From an uncultured Rickettsiales bacterium (lineage in GTDB: Bacteria; Myxococcota_A; UBA796; UBA9615), in the NCBI GenBank assembly GCA_964490445.1, contig CAZBDA010000011.1:2252-66251 (forward strand): a stretch of 64,000 bases of DNA, read 5' to 3'. Below the pieces are notes generated by a model. That model did no database searches, had not been told where the DNA came from, and was given only the letters and a program-made list of their open reading frames with translations. A program made the translations under genes and the position numbers. Position 1 is the first letter of the stretch; each line of letters begins with the position of its first letter. Positions 9,995-19,897 of this stretch are shown piece after piece.

Positions 9995-10954
9995 GTGACA
10001 CTCTCTCAAGCTGAGCTCGATGCGCAGTTGGATGCAGCCGTCGCCATGGCCCGCAAGCAGCTCTCAGCTAGCTATCCAGTAGTCGTCGACACGACCTGCT
10101 GGCGGTGGAGAAAGGGTGAACTGCGCGTTCGCGGTGGGGTTCTTGCCGCCTCCCAGGCAGAAATCTATCGGCAAGTTCTCAGCCAACAACTGGAGCGCGA
10201 CGACGTGCCGACTCCACTGGTGCTCTCTGAGCTCAGTTCCCTGTGGCAACTGCATCGCTGGCTGCCACTGGTCGGCGACCAGCCCGTCGACCTGCTACGG
10301 GCAATTGACGGCGAGTTACAGACCCAATGGCAGGCTCCGGGCTGGGTACGACACTTCGCCGAGGACCCCACTGGCGAGTTCGCCCTGGTCCAGGTAGCCG
10401 ACGGCACACTCGGCTGGATGAGCTGCAAGCAGCTGGATTTCTCGGCCGAGGGTCCCGTCGAAGACCCATGGGCCAGGACTCATCGGCCCGAGCGTGACCG
10501 GGTTGTCCCACCGCGTGCCGGAACTCCTGGGGCGACCCGGCGTCTCGACGCAAACCGCGCGCTGGCGAGCGAGGCGCGGTCCTGGCTCGGTCGTCCCTAC
10601 CTGTGGGGTGGAAACACGCGCGCAGCCGCCGATTGCAGTGGACTTGTCCAGTCCGTTCTGCACGCCACGACAGGCATCCTGCTCCCCAAGAACACCGCGG
10701 ACCAACAGGTATTCGGCAAAGAGGTTCCCGTCGATCAACTCCGTGCCGGCGACCTCGTGTTCGTCACCGGCCGGGAACTCGGCTTGCGCCATGTCGCCCT
10801 GGTCCTCGAAGACATCGAGGACCCTACCGCCTTGACCATGGTTCACGCGTCCATGTCCCGAAACGAAATCCTCGAAGAGCGGCTCGACATCTTCCTCGCC
10901 CGCCACGACTTCACCTGCGCCCGAAGAATCCTGCACTGGCCCGAGGAGAGCTAG
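9995..10954 (+). CDS. NlpC/P60 (C40) peptidase with SH3-like region, YkfC-like
   Basis: PYLWGG, DCSGLV (Cys), GDLVF, RHVAL (His), VHAS; SH3-like VQVADGTLGWM. GTG start 4 nt after the nagZ stop. Confidence 0.88.
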   Translation: MTLSQAELDAQLDAAVAMARKQLSASYPVVVDTTCWRWRKGELRVRGGVLAASQAEIYRQVLSQQLERDDVPTPLVLSELSSLWQLHRWLPLVGDQPVDLLRAIDGELQTQWQAPGWVRHFAEDPTGEFALVQVADGTLGWMSCKQLDFSAEGPVEDPWARTHRPERDRVVPPRAGTPGATRRLDANRALASEARSWLGRPYLWGGNTRAAADCSGLVQSVLHATTGILLPKNTADQQVFGKEVPVDQLRAGDLVFVTGRELGLRHVALVLEDIEDPTALTMVHASMSRNEILEERLDIFLARHDFTCARRILHWPEES

Positions 10955-12456
10955 TGGACCTGGACCGTCGAATTCACGTCGTCGGCGCTTCGGGCATCGA
11001 AGGGAGCGCGGTGCTTCTCTACCTGGCGGGGGAGCGCTGCATCGAGGGCATCGTCGCCCACGACTTCTCGGCCGACCGGCAGGCCTTTGAGCACTCGTTC
11101 CACAAGACCAACACAGCGTGGAGCGAAGCGGAGCGGGGGCAGGTCCTCGAGCGGCTCTGGAACCTGCCCATCAGCTTCCAGTTGGGCTCCGAGTACCTAC
11201 GCGGCATCGAGACCGCCGAGCTGATCTTCGCTTCGCAGAACTGGTTCAACTACGAGGCCAACCGACCGGCGATGGACAATGCGGTGGCGGCCGGTGCACA
11301 GCTGGTCGGCGTCCTCGATCTTGCCCTGGACCTCTTCTCAGGCCGAAGTGTCACGGTCACCGGCTCCAACGGAAAATCCACCACGGCCGCCCTGATCGGC
11401 CACCTTTTGCAGGCCTCTGTACCCGCCGGCAGCCGGGTCATGCGCAGTGGCAACGATCGTTCCGAGCAGGCCGCCCTGGCTGCACTGGAGCGCGCATCCT
11501 CAGCGGACCTGGCGGTCTGGGAAGTCTCCAACCGTCACCTGCGCGACCGCACCGTAGTCAGCGATGTAGCCGTGCTGACCAACATCACCCACAACCACAT
11601 CGAGGACCACGGTTCCTGGCAGGCATACGTTGCAGCAAAGAGCAGGCTGGTCCTCGCTCCGGGACAGGGAGGACATGCTGTGCTCAGTGCCGTCGATCCA
11701 CAGAGCCGCAAGATCACCGAGGCTGTGCGCGACAGTGGCGCGACGCTGTGGCTGTTTGGAGCGCCGCCCCAGCCGGGCTCTCTGGATGGGGCCTGCTGGG
11801 TCGAAGACGGGCTTATCCTGCTGCGGGAACCCCAGCGTCGCGACAACCTCGAGCTGGCTCGGGCCTCGGACCTGCCGCTGCCCGGCGAGCACAACCTGCT
11901 CAACCTTCAAGCAGCGCTCTGCGCGACAGCAGCCTGCGGCTTCCTGGACCGAGATGTCCTCCGCTCTGCCCTCTGCAACGCGCCCGGGCTACCCGGCCGG
12001 CTGGAGCTGGTCGCCGAACAGGCCGAGGTGCGTTGGGTCTATGACATCCAGGCGACCACTGCACCCGCAGCCGCTGCCGGGATCGAGGCGATTGCGGCCA
12101 GCGGCACGCCGATCGTCTTGCTGGTCGGCGGCGAAGACAAGGGCATGGACTTCACCGAGATGGCCAACGCCGCGGCGAGTTCCTCGCGACGCATCCTGGC
12201 GCTGCCGGGGACCGGGACGGATGCGCTGCTCGCCTCCCTGGCGGACCGCGCGGAAGTCGAACACTGCACATCACTGGACCACGGGCTCGAGCGAGCGCGA
12301 GCAATCGCGCAGCCGGGCGACACGGTGCTGCTGTCACCCGGCTGCGCGTTCTTCTATCGACACTACATCGACGGGGGGCCGTCCTTTACCGAGCGAGTAC
12401 GGCGTATGCTCGGTCTCGACTACGCCACGCCGCACACCTCGGAACAGCAGACATGA
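10954..12456 (+). CDS. Divergent MurD-like Mur ligase
   Basis: VTGSNGKSTT P-loop, NITHNH, YVAAK, GEHN, GGEDKG, VLLSPGCA. GTG overlaps the upstream TAG. Confidence 0.8.
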   Translation: MDLDRRIHVVGASGIEGSAVLLYLAGERCIEGIVAHDFSADRQAFEHSFHKTNTAWSEAERGQVLERLWNLPISFQLGSEYLRGIETAELIFASQNWFNYEANRPAMDNAVAAGAQLVGVLDLALDLFSGRSVTVTGSNGKSTTAALIGHLLQASVPAGSRVMRSGNDRSEQAALAALERASSADLAVWEVSNRHLRDRTVVSDVAVLTNITHNHIEDHGSWQAYVAAKSRLVLAPGQGGHAVLSAVDPQSRKITEAVRDSGATLWLFGAPPQPGSLDGACWVEDGLILLREPQRRDNLELARASDLPLPGEHNLLNLQAALCATAACGFLDRDVLRSALCNAPGLPGRLELVAEQAEVRWVYDIQATTAPAAAAGIEAIAASGTPIVLLVGGEDKGMDFTEMANAAASSSRRILALPGTGTDALLASLADRAEVEHCTSLDHGLERARAIAQPGDTVLLSPGCAFFYRHYIDGGPSFTERVRRMLGLDYATPHTSEQQT

Positions 12457-12490
12457 CCAGCGTCGAGCAGACATGACCAGCGTCGAGCAG
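12446..12490 (+). repeat. Exact 20-bp tandem duplication spanning the murD-like stop / nucleotidyltransferase start
   Basis: ACATGACCAGCGTCGAGCAG at 12451-12470 and 12471-12490, preceded by AGCAG (12446-12450). Confidence 0.97.
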
Positions 12491-13627
12491 CCCCTATCGG
12501 GTGTCCCTACCCTGGTCCTCGGGGCGGGCTTCGGCACCCGCATGCTGCCCCTGACCGAGCACATCCCCAAGCCTGCCATTCCACTGCTCGGTCGACCGCT
12601 ACTCGGCCATCCGCTGATCCACCTGTACGCAGGAGGCTGCCAGGATGTCTATGTAAATACCTTCCACCAGAGCGAGCGTCTCATGACGGCGATGGACTCC
12701 TGGGTTCAGCGACGGCTGCTACGCATGACACTGCAGTGGTCGATCGAGGGCCCCGAGATCCTCGGCACGGGAGGCGCCACCCGCAAGTTGGAGAATGAAC
12801 TTTGCGGCAACGGCGGGCCCTTCCTGATGCTCAACGGCGACTCCATCCTGGGCGCTGACCTGCCGAAGCTGTGGGCTGCACACCAGCGCAACCGCGACGA
12901 AGGGGCCCTGGCCACTTTGCTCTGCCTGCCACGCCGGGACGCCGTCGACTACGGTGCGGTGTGGGTCGCCGACGATGGCCGCATCCTGGACCTCGCCGGC
13001 CTCGGGCGCGCACCCGGTGTCAGCGACGAGGACCTGGCCGGCGCCACGCCGAGCATCTTCTGCGGCATCCAGATCATCGAGCCCGCGGTGGTTCAGCAGC
13101 TTCCTGCCGCAGGAACCAAGAGTTGCATCGTCCGGCAGGGCTACGCGCCACTGATCTCGGCCGGTAGCGAAATCCGTGCCGTCCTCGTCGAGCCCGACCT
13201 ACTCTTTCACGACGTGGGAACACCGGCACGCTACCTGGACGCGCAGAACGAACTGATGGATGGGCCCGACAAGCTCGTGCTGCCCACTCCGCCTGGAATC
13301 GATCCACTCGAAGCGCTGTTCCAGGAGGCCTCCTACGCAGTCGATCGTTCCGGGCGCGAGTATGGGAACCCCGATTCCGTAGACGGCCTGGCTGGTGCCA
13401 CCATCGAGCCCCCGGTGTTCTTCGGGCCGCGCAACGAGGTGGGACCAGGCGCCGTGGTCGGGCCGCACGCAAGCATCGGAGCGCTCAACTCGCTGGGAGC
13501 CAACTCGCGGGTCAGCGATGCCGCCCTGTGGAGTGGCGTACGACTGGCCTCGGGCAGCTCCATGTACGGAGAGATCGCTGCCTACCTGGGAGACGAGCTG
13601 CTACGCCTGCGAGGGCGAGACAACTGA
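12473..13627 (+). CDS. Sugar-phosphate nucleotidyltransferase (NDP-sugar synthase) with left-handed beta-helix C-terminus
   Basis: LGAGFGTRMLPLT..IPKP, LGTGG, LNGDS, DVGTP; hexapeptide repeats (VGPGAVVGPHASIG). Confidence 0.88.
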   Translation: MTSVEQPLSGVPTLVLGAGFGTRMLPLTEHIPKPAIPLLGRPLLGHPLIHLYAGGCQDVYVNTFHQSERLMTAMDSWVQRRLLRMTLQWSIEGPEILGTGGATRKLENELCGNGGPFLMLNGDSILGADLPKLWAAHQRNRDEGALATLLCLPRRDAVDYGAVWVADDGRILDLAGLGRAPGVSDEDLAGATPSIFCGIQIIEPAVVQQLPAAGTKSCIVRQGYAPLISAGSEIRAVLVEPDLLFHDVGTPARYLDAQNELMDGPDKLVLPTPPGIDPLEALFQEASYAVDRSGREYGNPDSVDGLAGATIEPPVFFGPRNEVGPGAVVGPHASIGALNSLGANSRVSDAALWSGVRLASGSSMYGEIAAYLGDELLRLRGRDN

Positions 13628-15442
13628 ATGAGCCGCTTCGCGAAGCAAACCGTAAACGAGATCATCCTCAACCGTGTGTCGGACCCGGCAGAGACCGTCC
13701 ACGGCTATTGCGAGGGTTCCGAGGGTGGCTTTCGGCCCATTACGGCAGGCGAGACCCGCAACACGACCCTGCAGATCGCCGCAGCGCTGCATGCCCGCGG
13801 GCTGGCAGCAGGCGATCGGATCGCCATCCTCGCCGAGGTTCGCCACGAGTGGGTGGTCTGGGACTTCGCCAATCTGCTCAGTCGCATGGTCACCATCGGC
13901 ATCTACCCGACCTCGACCCCCGCCCAGATCCTGTACCTCCTGCAACACAGCGAGAGCCGTGTCCTGGTGCTCGAGAATGCAGAGCAGCTCGCGATCCTGG
14001 CGAACATCCTCCCAGAGTGCCCCGACCTGCGCCTCATCGTCTGCCTCGATGATGACGGAATCCAGGCCGATGCGAGCGGTGCAGAGCAGATCGGCATCTC
14101 TGCTTTTGTCGAAGAAGGCCGGGCGGCGCTGCAGCAGAGTGGCGAGGCGGCTGTCATCGAGCGGGCCCACGCCGCGGAGCCCGACGACATCGCAACGCTG
14201 GTCTACACCTCGGGCACCACCGGACCACCCAAGGGCGCGATGCTCACCCATCGCAACCTGTTCCACGTCACCGAGACCGTCGCCGGCATCATGGACTTCA
14301 CCCCCGACGACCGCTCCATCGTGTACCTGCCCCTGGCCCACGTGCTGCAGCGCTACTCGGTCTACCTCGGCTGCCGCATCGGTATTGCCGGCTATTACAC
14401 CTCGCGGCTCAAGGAGCTCGGCGCCATCCTGCAGGAAGCACGGCCGACGGTGTTCGTCGGCGTGCCCCGGGTGTTCGAGAAGATCCACGCACGGGCTCTT
14501 GCTACTGCTGAGTCCATGTCCCCGTTTCGGCAGCGTATCTTTGCGCGGGCCTTCGCCGTCGGCCACCGGGTCGCTGAACTTCGGCGCACCGGCAGAAAGC
14601 CGGGCCTGTGGCTTCGCATTCAGCACCGAATCTTCGACCGGCTGGTATTTGCCAAGGTGCGGGCGAAGCTGGGCAACCGCGTGCGGATGGCCGTGTCGGG
14701 CGGCGCACCGCTGTCGACTCCCATTGCGCTCTGGTTCGAAGCCGCCGGGATCCTGGTCGTGGAAGGCTACGGGCTCACCGAGACCTCGGCGCCGGCCACC
14801 ACCGGTACAGCCGCCGCGTACAAGCACGGCACCGTCGGTCGAGCCATCCCCGACACCGAGGTGCGCATCGCCGAGGATGGCGAGATCGAGGTCAAGGGCC
14901 CCGGGGTGTTCCAGGGTTACTTCAAGAACGAGCAGGCCACCGCAGACGCGTTCACTGCCGACGGCTTCTTCAAGACCGGCGACATCGGCGAGCTCGACGA
15001 CGAAGGCTTCCTGAAGATCACCGACCGAAAGAAGGATCTCATCATCACGGCCGGCGGCAAGAATGTGGCCCCGGCGAACATCGAGAACCTGCTCAAGGAG
15101 CATCCCCTGATCGGGCAGGCCATGGTCTACGGTGACCGGCGTCCCTACCTCGTGGTCGCCATCAGCCTGGACCCTGAGGAGGCCGGCAGCTGGGCGGCCC
15201 GCGAGGGACGGCCGGGCAACAGCCTCGAGGAACTCAGCCGTGACGAAGTGGTAGAGGCAGCCATCGCCAAACACATTGCAGCAACCAACGGCCAGCTTGC
15301 CCCCTACGAAACACTCAAGAAGTGGCTGATCGTTCCGCTGCCCTTCATCCCGGAAAACGGCTACCTGACTCCGACTCTGAAGCTCCGCAGGCGGGCAATC
15401 GTCGAGACCTTCGGCAGCGACCTAGACGCACTCTACGAGTAG
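13628..15442 (+). CDS. Long-chain fatty acyl-CoA synthetase (AMP-dependent)
   Basis: YTSGTTGPPKG, EGYGLTET, FKTGDIG, ITDRKKDLI, TPTLKLRR. Confidence 0.93.
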   Translation: MSRFAKQTVNEIILNRVSDPAETVHGYCEGSEGGFRPITAGETRNTTLQIAAALHARGLAAGDRIAILAEVRHEWVVWDFANLLSRMVTIGIYPTSTPAQILYLLQHSESRVLVLENAEQLAILANILPECPDLRLIVCLDDDGIQADASGAEQIGISAFVEEGRAALQQSGEAAVIERAHAAEPDDIATLVYTSGTTGPPKGAMLTHRNLFHVTETVAGIMDFTPDDRSIVYLPLAHVLQRYSVYLGCRIGIAGYYTSRLKELGAILQEARPTVFVGVPRVFEKIHARALATAESMSPFRQRIFARAFAVGHRVAELRRTGRKPGLWLRIQHRIFDRLVFAKVRAKLGNRVRMAVSGGAPLSTPIALWFEAAGILVVEGYGLTETSAPATTGTAAAYKHGTVGRAIPDTEVRIAEDGEIEVKGPGVFQGYFKNEQATADAFTADGFFKTGDIGELDDEGFLKITDRKKDLIITAGGKNVAPANIENLLKEHPLIGQAMVYGDRRPYLVVAISLDPEEAGSWAAREGRPGNSLEELSRDEVVEAAIAKHIAATNGQLAPYETLKKWLIVPLPFIPENGYLTPTLKLRRRAIVETFGSDLDALYE

Positions 15443-15458
15443 TACCGGGAGCACGAAC

Positions 15459-16835
15459 GTGCGCGCGCCTCACGACCAGTCAGAGTCGGCCCCACTGCTG
15501 AAACTCAGCGTCGGCCACGCCGTCTGGGCCGTCGCCTGGCCGATGGTCGCGATCGGGTTACTGCGCTCTTGCTACTACCTGACCGACTCCTACTGGATCG
15601 GCAAAATCGACACCACGCACCTCGCGGCGCTGGGGGGCTCCGCGTTCGGCTGGTGGATCATGTTCATCTGCTGCAACGTCGCCGGCTACGGGGTCAATGC
15701 CCTGGTGGCAAGACACGAAGGGGCCGGCCGGCGCGAGCGAATTGCTCCAACCGTAGTTCAGGGTCTCTGGGTCGGGCTGGTGATCTACATCCTGCTGGTC
15801 GTCATCGCCTGGCCCTTCCGCGACCTGTATTTCCACTTGCTGGGCTTCGAAGCAGGAAGCGAGGAGCGAATTCTTGGCGGCAGATACCTCGGCATCGGTC
15901 TGCTCGGCTCCGTCGCCCTTGCCGGCCACGCCGTCACATTGGCAGCCTTCCGTGGCCTGGGAGACACCCGCACGGCGTTGTGGATTGCCGCCGTCTCCCT
16001 GGTCCTGAACGCCGGACTCGACCCGATCCTCATCTGGGGCTGGTTTGGCGCACCGGCGTTGGGCATCGGCGGTGCCGCATGGGCAACCACCGCGGCCAAT
16101 GCCCTGGCTGCCTTGCTGAGCCTCATCATCCTGGCCCGCAAGGGCTATGTACTGCAGCCCCGCCGGCCACACCCGAAGACCCTGGGAGTGATCGCCCGCA
16201 TCGGGATCCCAATCAGCAGCGAGGGGGTCAGCTTTGCGATGGTCTACATCATCCTCGGCCAGTTCATCACCGACTTCGGCAGCCACCAGATGGCGGCGCT
16301 GGGCGTCGGCCACCGCCTCGAGAGCCTCGCGTTCATGGTCTGCGTCGGCTTCCAGGTGGGAGCCGCCACCCTGGTAGGTCAGTACCTCGGTGCCGGCAAG
16401 CCCCGTGGAGCTGGGCAGGCTGTCCACCGGGCCGCCTCCCTGTGCGCTGCCGTCATGCTGCCCACAGGCATCCTGCTGTACGCCTTCGCGCCGCAGTTGT
16501 TCGGCGTGTTCACCGACGATCTGCTGACAATCGAGGCGGGCACCAGCTACCTGCGGATCCAGTCCATTGTCGTCGTGTTCATGGGCCTGGAGGTCGTCTA
16601 CCAGGGTGGCTTCAGCGGTAGCGGTGACACCCTGCCGCCACTTGTGCTCGGTGTCCTGTTCACTACGGGTCGCATCCCCCTGGCCTGGCTACTCGCCTAC
16701 CCTCTCGGCCTGGGCGTGGACGGAGTCTGGTGGGCCATCGCCGCCAGCACTGTCATCAAGGGGGTTGTCGCCTGGCTGTGGTTCCGACGGGGACGCTGGG
16801 TTGGCGCGCTCAGCGAGAAGGACCTCGCAATCTGA
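15459..16835 (+). CDS. MATE family efflux transporter/flippase
   Basis: About 12 hydrophobic segments; two-fold repeat motifs (GLGDTRTAL / GSGDTLPPL), LDPILIWG, GAAWAT. Confidence 0.92.
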   Translation: MRAPHDQSESAPLLKLSVGHAVWAVAWPMVAIGLLRSCYYLTDSYWIGKIDTTHLAALGGSAFGWWIMFICCNVAGYGVNALVARHEGAGRRERIAPTVVQGLWVGLVIYILLVVIAWPFRDLYFHLLGFEAGSEERILGGRYLGIGLLGSVALAGHAVTLAAFRGLGDTRTALWIAAVSLVLNAGLDPILIWGWFGAPALGIGGAAWATTAANALAALLSLIILARKGYVLQPRRPHPKTLGVIARIGIPISSEGVSFAMVYIILGQFITDFGSHQMAALGVGHRLESLAFMVCVGFQVGAATLVGQYLGAGKPRGAGQAVHRAASLCAAVMLPTGILLYAFAPQLFGVFTDDLLTIEAGTSYLRIQSIVVVFMGLEVVYQGGFSGSGDTLPPLVLGVLFTTGRIPLAWLLAYPLGLGVDGVWWAIAASTVIKGVVAWLWFRRGRWVGALSEKDLAI

Positions 16836-16864
16836 CGCAGGCCCGTCCCGGCCAGCAACTGAAA

Positions 16865-17938
16865 TCAGCCGCCAACCTCGAGCGCAAAGGCCGAGGCGCC
16901 CCAGGCCCGCTGCACCTGGACAGCAGCATGGCGCTCGACCAGGGCGAGCACCGTTCCACCGCCACCTGCGCCAGTGATCTTCGCCGCCAGAGCACCGGCG
17001 GCGAGAGCAACTCGAACAGCCTCCCGGTCGGCATCCCACACCACGCCCAACTGCTCAAGACATGCCTGCTGCTCCATCATGGCCTGCGCCAGTCCCGGCA
17101 AATCGCCCGAGGCCCAGGCGGAGCGACCGATGCGACTCCAGCGACCCATCTCCGCGATCGCCCGAACCAGGGTCGGCTCGGCACCGAGGCGCTGCCGAAC
17201 ACCCTCGACCAGGTCGCGGGTGGGGCAACTGCTCGCCTGCGGACGAAGCACCAACACAATCGGCGGCAGACCCTCCAGGGCCGTGGGATGAATGCCCTTC
17301 TCGAACCAGACCGGCTTCTCGAGGGTAGACACCGTGTGGTCAATGCCCGATGGCTGGCCGTGGAACATGCGTTCGACCGCAGCCGCAGCGAGGACGACCC
17401 GCTCGGTGTCAGGCGCCTGCCCATACCAGCACAGCAGCGCTCGCCCGAGCGCCGTGCCGAGTGCTGCCGAAGTGCCCATGCCCGACTGCAGACCGCCGGA
17501 ACGCACAGCAAGACGCAGCGGCAGCGGCAGTTGCAGGCCCAGCGCCTGGGCGGCAGTGCCCAGGGCACGGAAGACATCCGCCCGCGCACCTTCGGGGGCA
17601 CGCTCATCGAGGGTGATACTGATGGGCGGCACCTGTTGGTCACCGACAGAAGGCATGGCCTGAGTCGCACCGCCTCCTCCCGCCAACTGCAGATCCTCGG
17701 GATCAATCTGCAAACCCACCTGGCTGCTGATCTGGGCTGCGGCAAAGTCCATGGGGCCCCAGCCGGCACCCGGCTCAGCCAACACCACGGACAGGCGGTT
17801 GGTCGACAGAGGCAAGGCGAGTGCAGGCTCGCCGTAGACCACCGCATGCTCACCGAGCAGGATCAGCTTGCCGCAGGCTGTCGCCACGACGGGCCGATGA
17901 CCCGGAGCTGTATCTGGTAGATCAGAAGAGGTGGTCAT
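16865..17938 (-). CDS. mvk: Mevalonate kinase
   Basis: GKLILLGEHAVVYG, GMGTSAA, HGQPSGID, AKITGAGGGG. Start moved to MTTSSD. Confidence 0.88.
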   Translation of the reverse strand: MTTSSDLPDTAPGHRPVVATACGKLILLGEHAVVYGEPALALPLSTNRLSVVLAEPGAGWGPMDFAAAQISSQVGLQIDPEDLQLAGGGGATQAMPSVGDQQVPPISITLDERAPEGARADVFRALGTAAQALGLQLPLPLRLAVRSGGLQSGMGTSAALGTALGRALLCWYGQAPDTERVVLAAAAVERMFHGQPSGIDHTVSTLEKPVWFEKGIHPTALEGLPPIVLVLRPQASSCPTRDLVEGVRQRLGAEPTLVRAIAEMGRWSRIGRSAWASGDLPGLAQAMMEQQACLEQLGVVWDADREAVRVALAAGALAAKITGAGGGGTVLALVERHAAVQVQRAWGASAFALEVGG

Positions 17939-18917
17939 CGTGAAGTCTTGCCCCCGGTCCGGGACGATTTTCGAGTATTTCGGCTCGCGGGGCCAGCTTG
18001 TCGATACGCCGGCGTAGTTCGGGAGCATCCTTGCTCTCGCACAGGATGTGCACATTCGGCCCGGCATCGAGGGTGAAGTACACCGGCATGCCATCTTCCT
18101 CGCGCCAACTGCGCACTGCCTGCATCAAGGCCACCGTGCCCGGCTGCAGGTACAGCGCCGAAGGCTGGCCACTCATCATGATCCCCTGCACTTCCATGGC
18201 CTCGTGCTCGACGATCTCGCCGAACACCTGGAACTCACGCTGAGCCAGGGCGCCCTTCAGCGCGAGGATGCGGGCAGGCAACAGCTTCTGCCGTTCCGCC
18301 ATGAAAGGGTGGGCGCTCGCAATGCGGTGCCCCTCGGAGCTGGAAATCACCTTCGGGCTCCGCGAGACCAGGACGACCAGGTCGGTGAGATCCCAGTGGT
18401 CCGCGGGGCAGAACTGCTGTGAGACCGAACCCAGGTCGTCTTCTCCCGCGGTCCACTCCACGAAACCACTTTGAATCGACCGACAGGCGGAACCGCTGCC
18501 GCGTCGCGCCCAGCGAGTCATCTCGGTTTCGCTGGGGAGGTCTTCACCAAAGGCGCCCAGCGCGGCGCTCGCGAGCGCCGCGAACCCCGAGGCCGAAGAT
18601 GCAATCCCGGTACCGGCCGGAAAGGAGTTCACCGACGCCACCCGGGCATACATGCGGTACCAATCCGCACGGATCTTGTCGAGGTAGCGGGAAATTCGCA
18701 CGCCACGACCGTCGAGGACCCGCTCCCCTTCCAGGTAGATCTCGTCCTGCCGGAGCGTCGGATCCCACTCGACGGTAGTCGTGGTGACGGCAGCCGACAG
18801 GTTCATCGAGATGGAATCGTTCAGAGGCAGGTTGCAGTCGAAGTCCCGCTTACCCCAGTACTTGATGAAGGCGATGTTCGAGCACGCCGTCGCGCTGGCA
18901 CACATTCGATCGGTCAC
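17922..18917 (-). CDS. mvaD: Diphosphomevalonate decarboxylase
   Basis: NIAFIKYWGKRD, LPLNDSIS, GIASSASG, RRGSGSACRS, SSSEG, FTLDAGPNVH. Confidence 0.95.
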   Translation of the reverse strand: MTDRMCASATACSNIAFIKYWGKRDFDCNLPLNDSISMNLSAAVTTTTVEWDPTLRQDEIYLEGERVLDGRGVRISRYLDKIRADWYRMYARVASVNSFPAGTGIASSASGFAALASAALGAFGEDLPSETEMTRWARRGSGSACRSIQSGFVEWTAGEDDLGSVSQQFCPADHWDLTDLVVLVSRSPKVISSSEGHRIASAHPFMAERQKLLPARILALKGALAQREFQVFGEIVEHEAMEVQGIMMSGQPSALYLQPGTVALMQAVRSWREEDGMPVYFTLDAGPNVHILCESKDAPELRRRIDKLAPRAEILENRPGPGARLHDDHLF

Positions 18918-19897
18918 GGTATCTCCTCCCGCTGCAAGCCGCGCGGTTCGACCCTCACATCCAGCACGTCGAGGCCGAGCTCGGTCGCGGCGCTAGCAGC
19001 TTGTTCCGGCTGCTCTGCGAGGATCAACACGCAGTCCCCCCCACCGGCACCACTGAGACGAACCCCGAGGACGCCAGCACAATTTCGTAGCCTCTCTACC
19101 AGTTCTGCGAGCTCCGCGGGAACAGCACCCAATGTCTCGAGCAAGCGCTGTCCTTCCCCCATCGCCGCACCCAGGCCGAGCGAGTCCCCCGATTCAAGCA
19201 TCGAGATACCACGCCGTGCCCGAGAGCCTATCTCCGCGTAGAGGGGATGACCGGGGGCAACGCCCCTACGCACATCTCGGAGCATCTCGGCGGGCGACGC
19301 CTTGCGGCGAGACCAGCCGACTACCCAGTGCAGGGGCGGACTGGCAGGCGGCTCGACCCGCTGCATCGGCACCTCCGCCGAAGCCTCGAACACCACGTAG
19401 CCGCCAAGCAACTGAGTCGCGACGTCATATCCTGAAGCCGCACCCTGAAGCTGCTTCTGGGCGGCATGGACCTCGGTGAAGATCGCCGAAGCCGGGCAGT
19501 CCTCGCCGCTCAGATAGCGCAGCGCTGCGGCCGCCGCCAGGGTCGAGGCCGACGATGAACCCATTCCCCAAATCGGTGGAAACTCCGCATCAAAACGAAG
19601 TGATAGGCCCCCACCAACTGCCGAGTGAGCACGCAGGACCGGCCACAGCAGGCTCAGCTCCGGAACCGGCGGTCGAGATTCGAGCAGCGTGGCCATGGGC
19701 ACTCGGACGGGAGCCGCAAACACACCGTCGGCCAGCAACTCGAGCGTGTCGCCGCCGGGCACCGTGCACGCCTCACAGGCAATACGGCGGTCCAGGCACA
19801 TCGCGATGGCAGGATGTCCCTCGAGCACCGCGTATTCACCAAAGAGCATGAGCTTGCCGGGCGCCGAACAACGAGCCCGGCGGGGGGCAGCGGTCAC
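18914..19897 (-). CDS. Phosphomevalonate kinase (GHMP family)
   Basis: APGKLMLFGEYAV, GMGSSSA, SGYDVA, LSGAGGGDC. The GEYAV signature and operon position separate it from mvk. Confidence 0.8.
   Translation of the reverse strand: MTAAPRRARCSAPGKLMLFGEYAVLEGHPAIAMCLDRRIACEACTVPGGDTLELLADGVFAAPVRVPMATLLESRPPVPELSLLWPVLRAHSAVGGGLSLRFDAEFPPIWGMGSSSASTLAAAAALRYLSGEDCPASAIFTEVHAAQKQLQGAASGYDVATQLLGGYVVFEASAEVPMQRVEPPASPPLHWVVGWSRRKASPAEMLRDVRRGVAPGHPLYAEIGSRARRGISMLESGDSLGLGAAMGEGQRLLETLGAVPAELAELVERLRNCAGVLGVRLSGAGGGDCVLILAEQPEQAASAATELGLDVLDVRVEPRGLQREEIP

Noticed and set aside
13601-15274. Other long antisense or alternate-frame ORFs (e.g. also 22886-24268, 57119-58615, 61079-62074)
   Set aside because: Fully overlap confidently assigned genes and lack recognisable domains.
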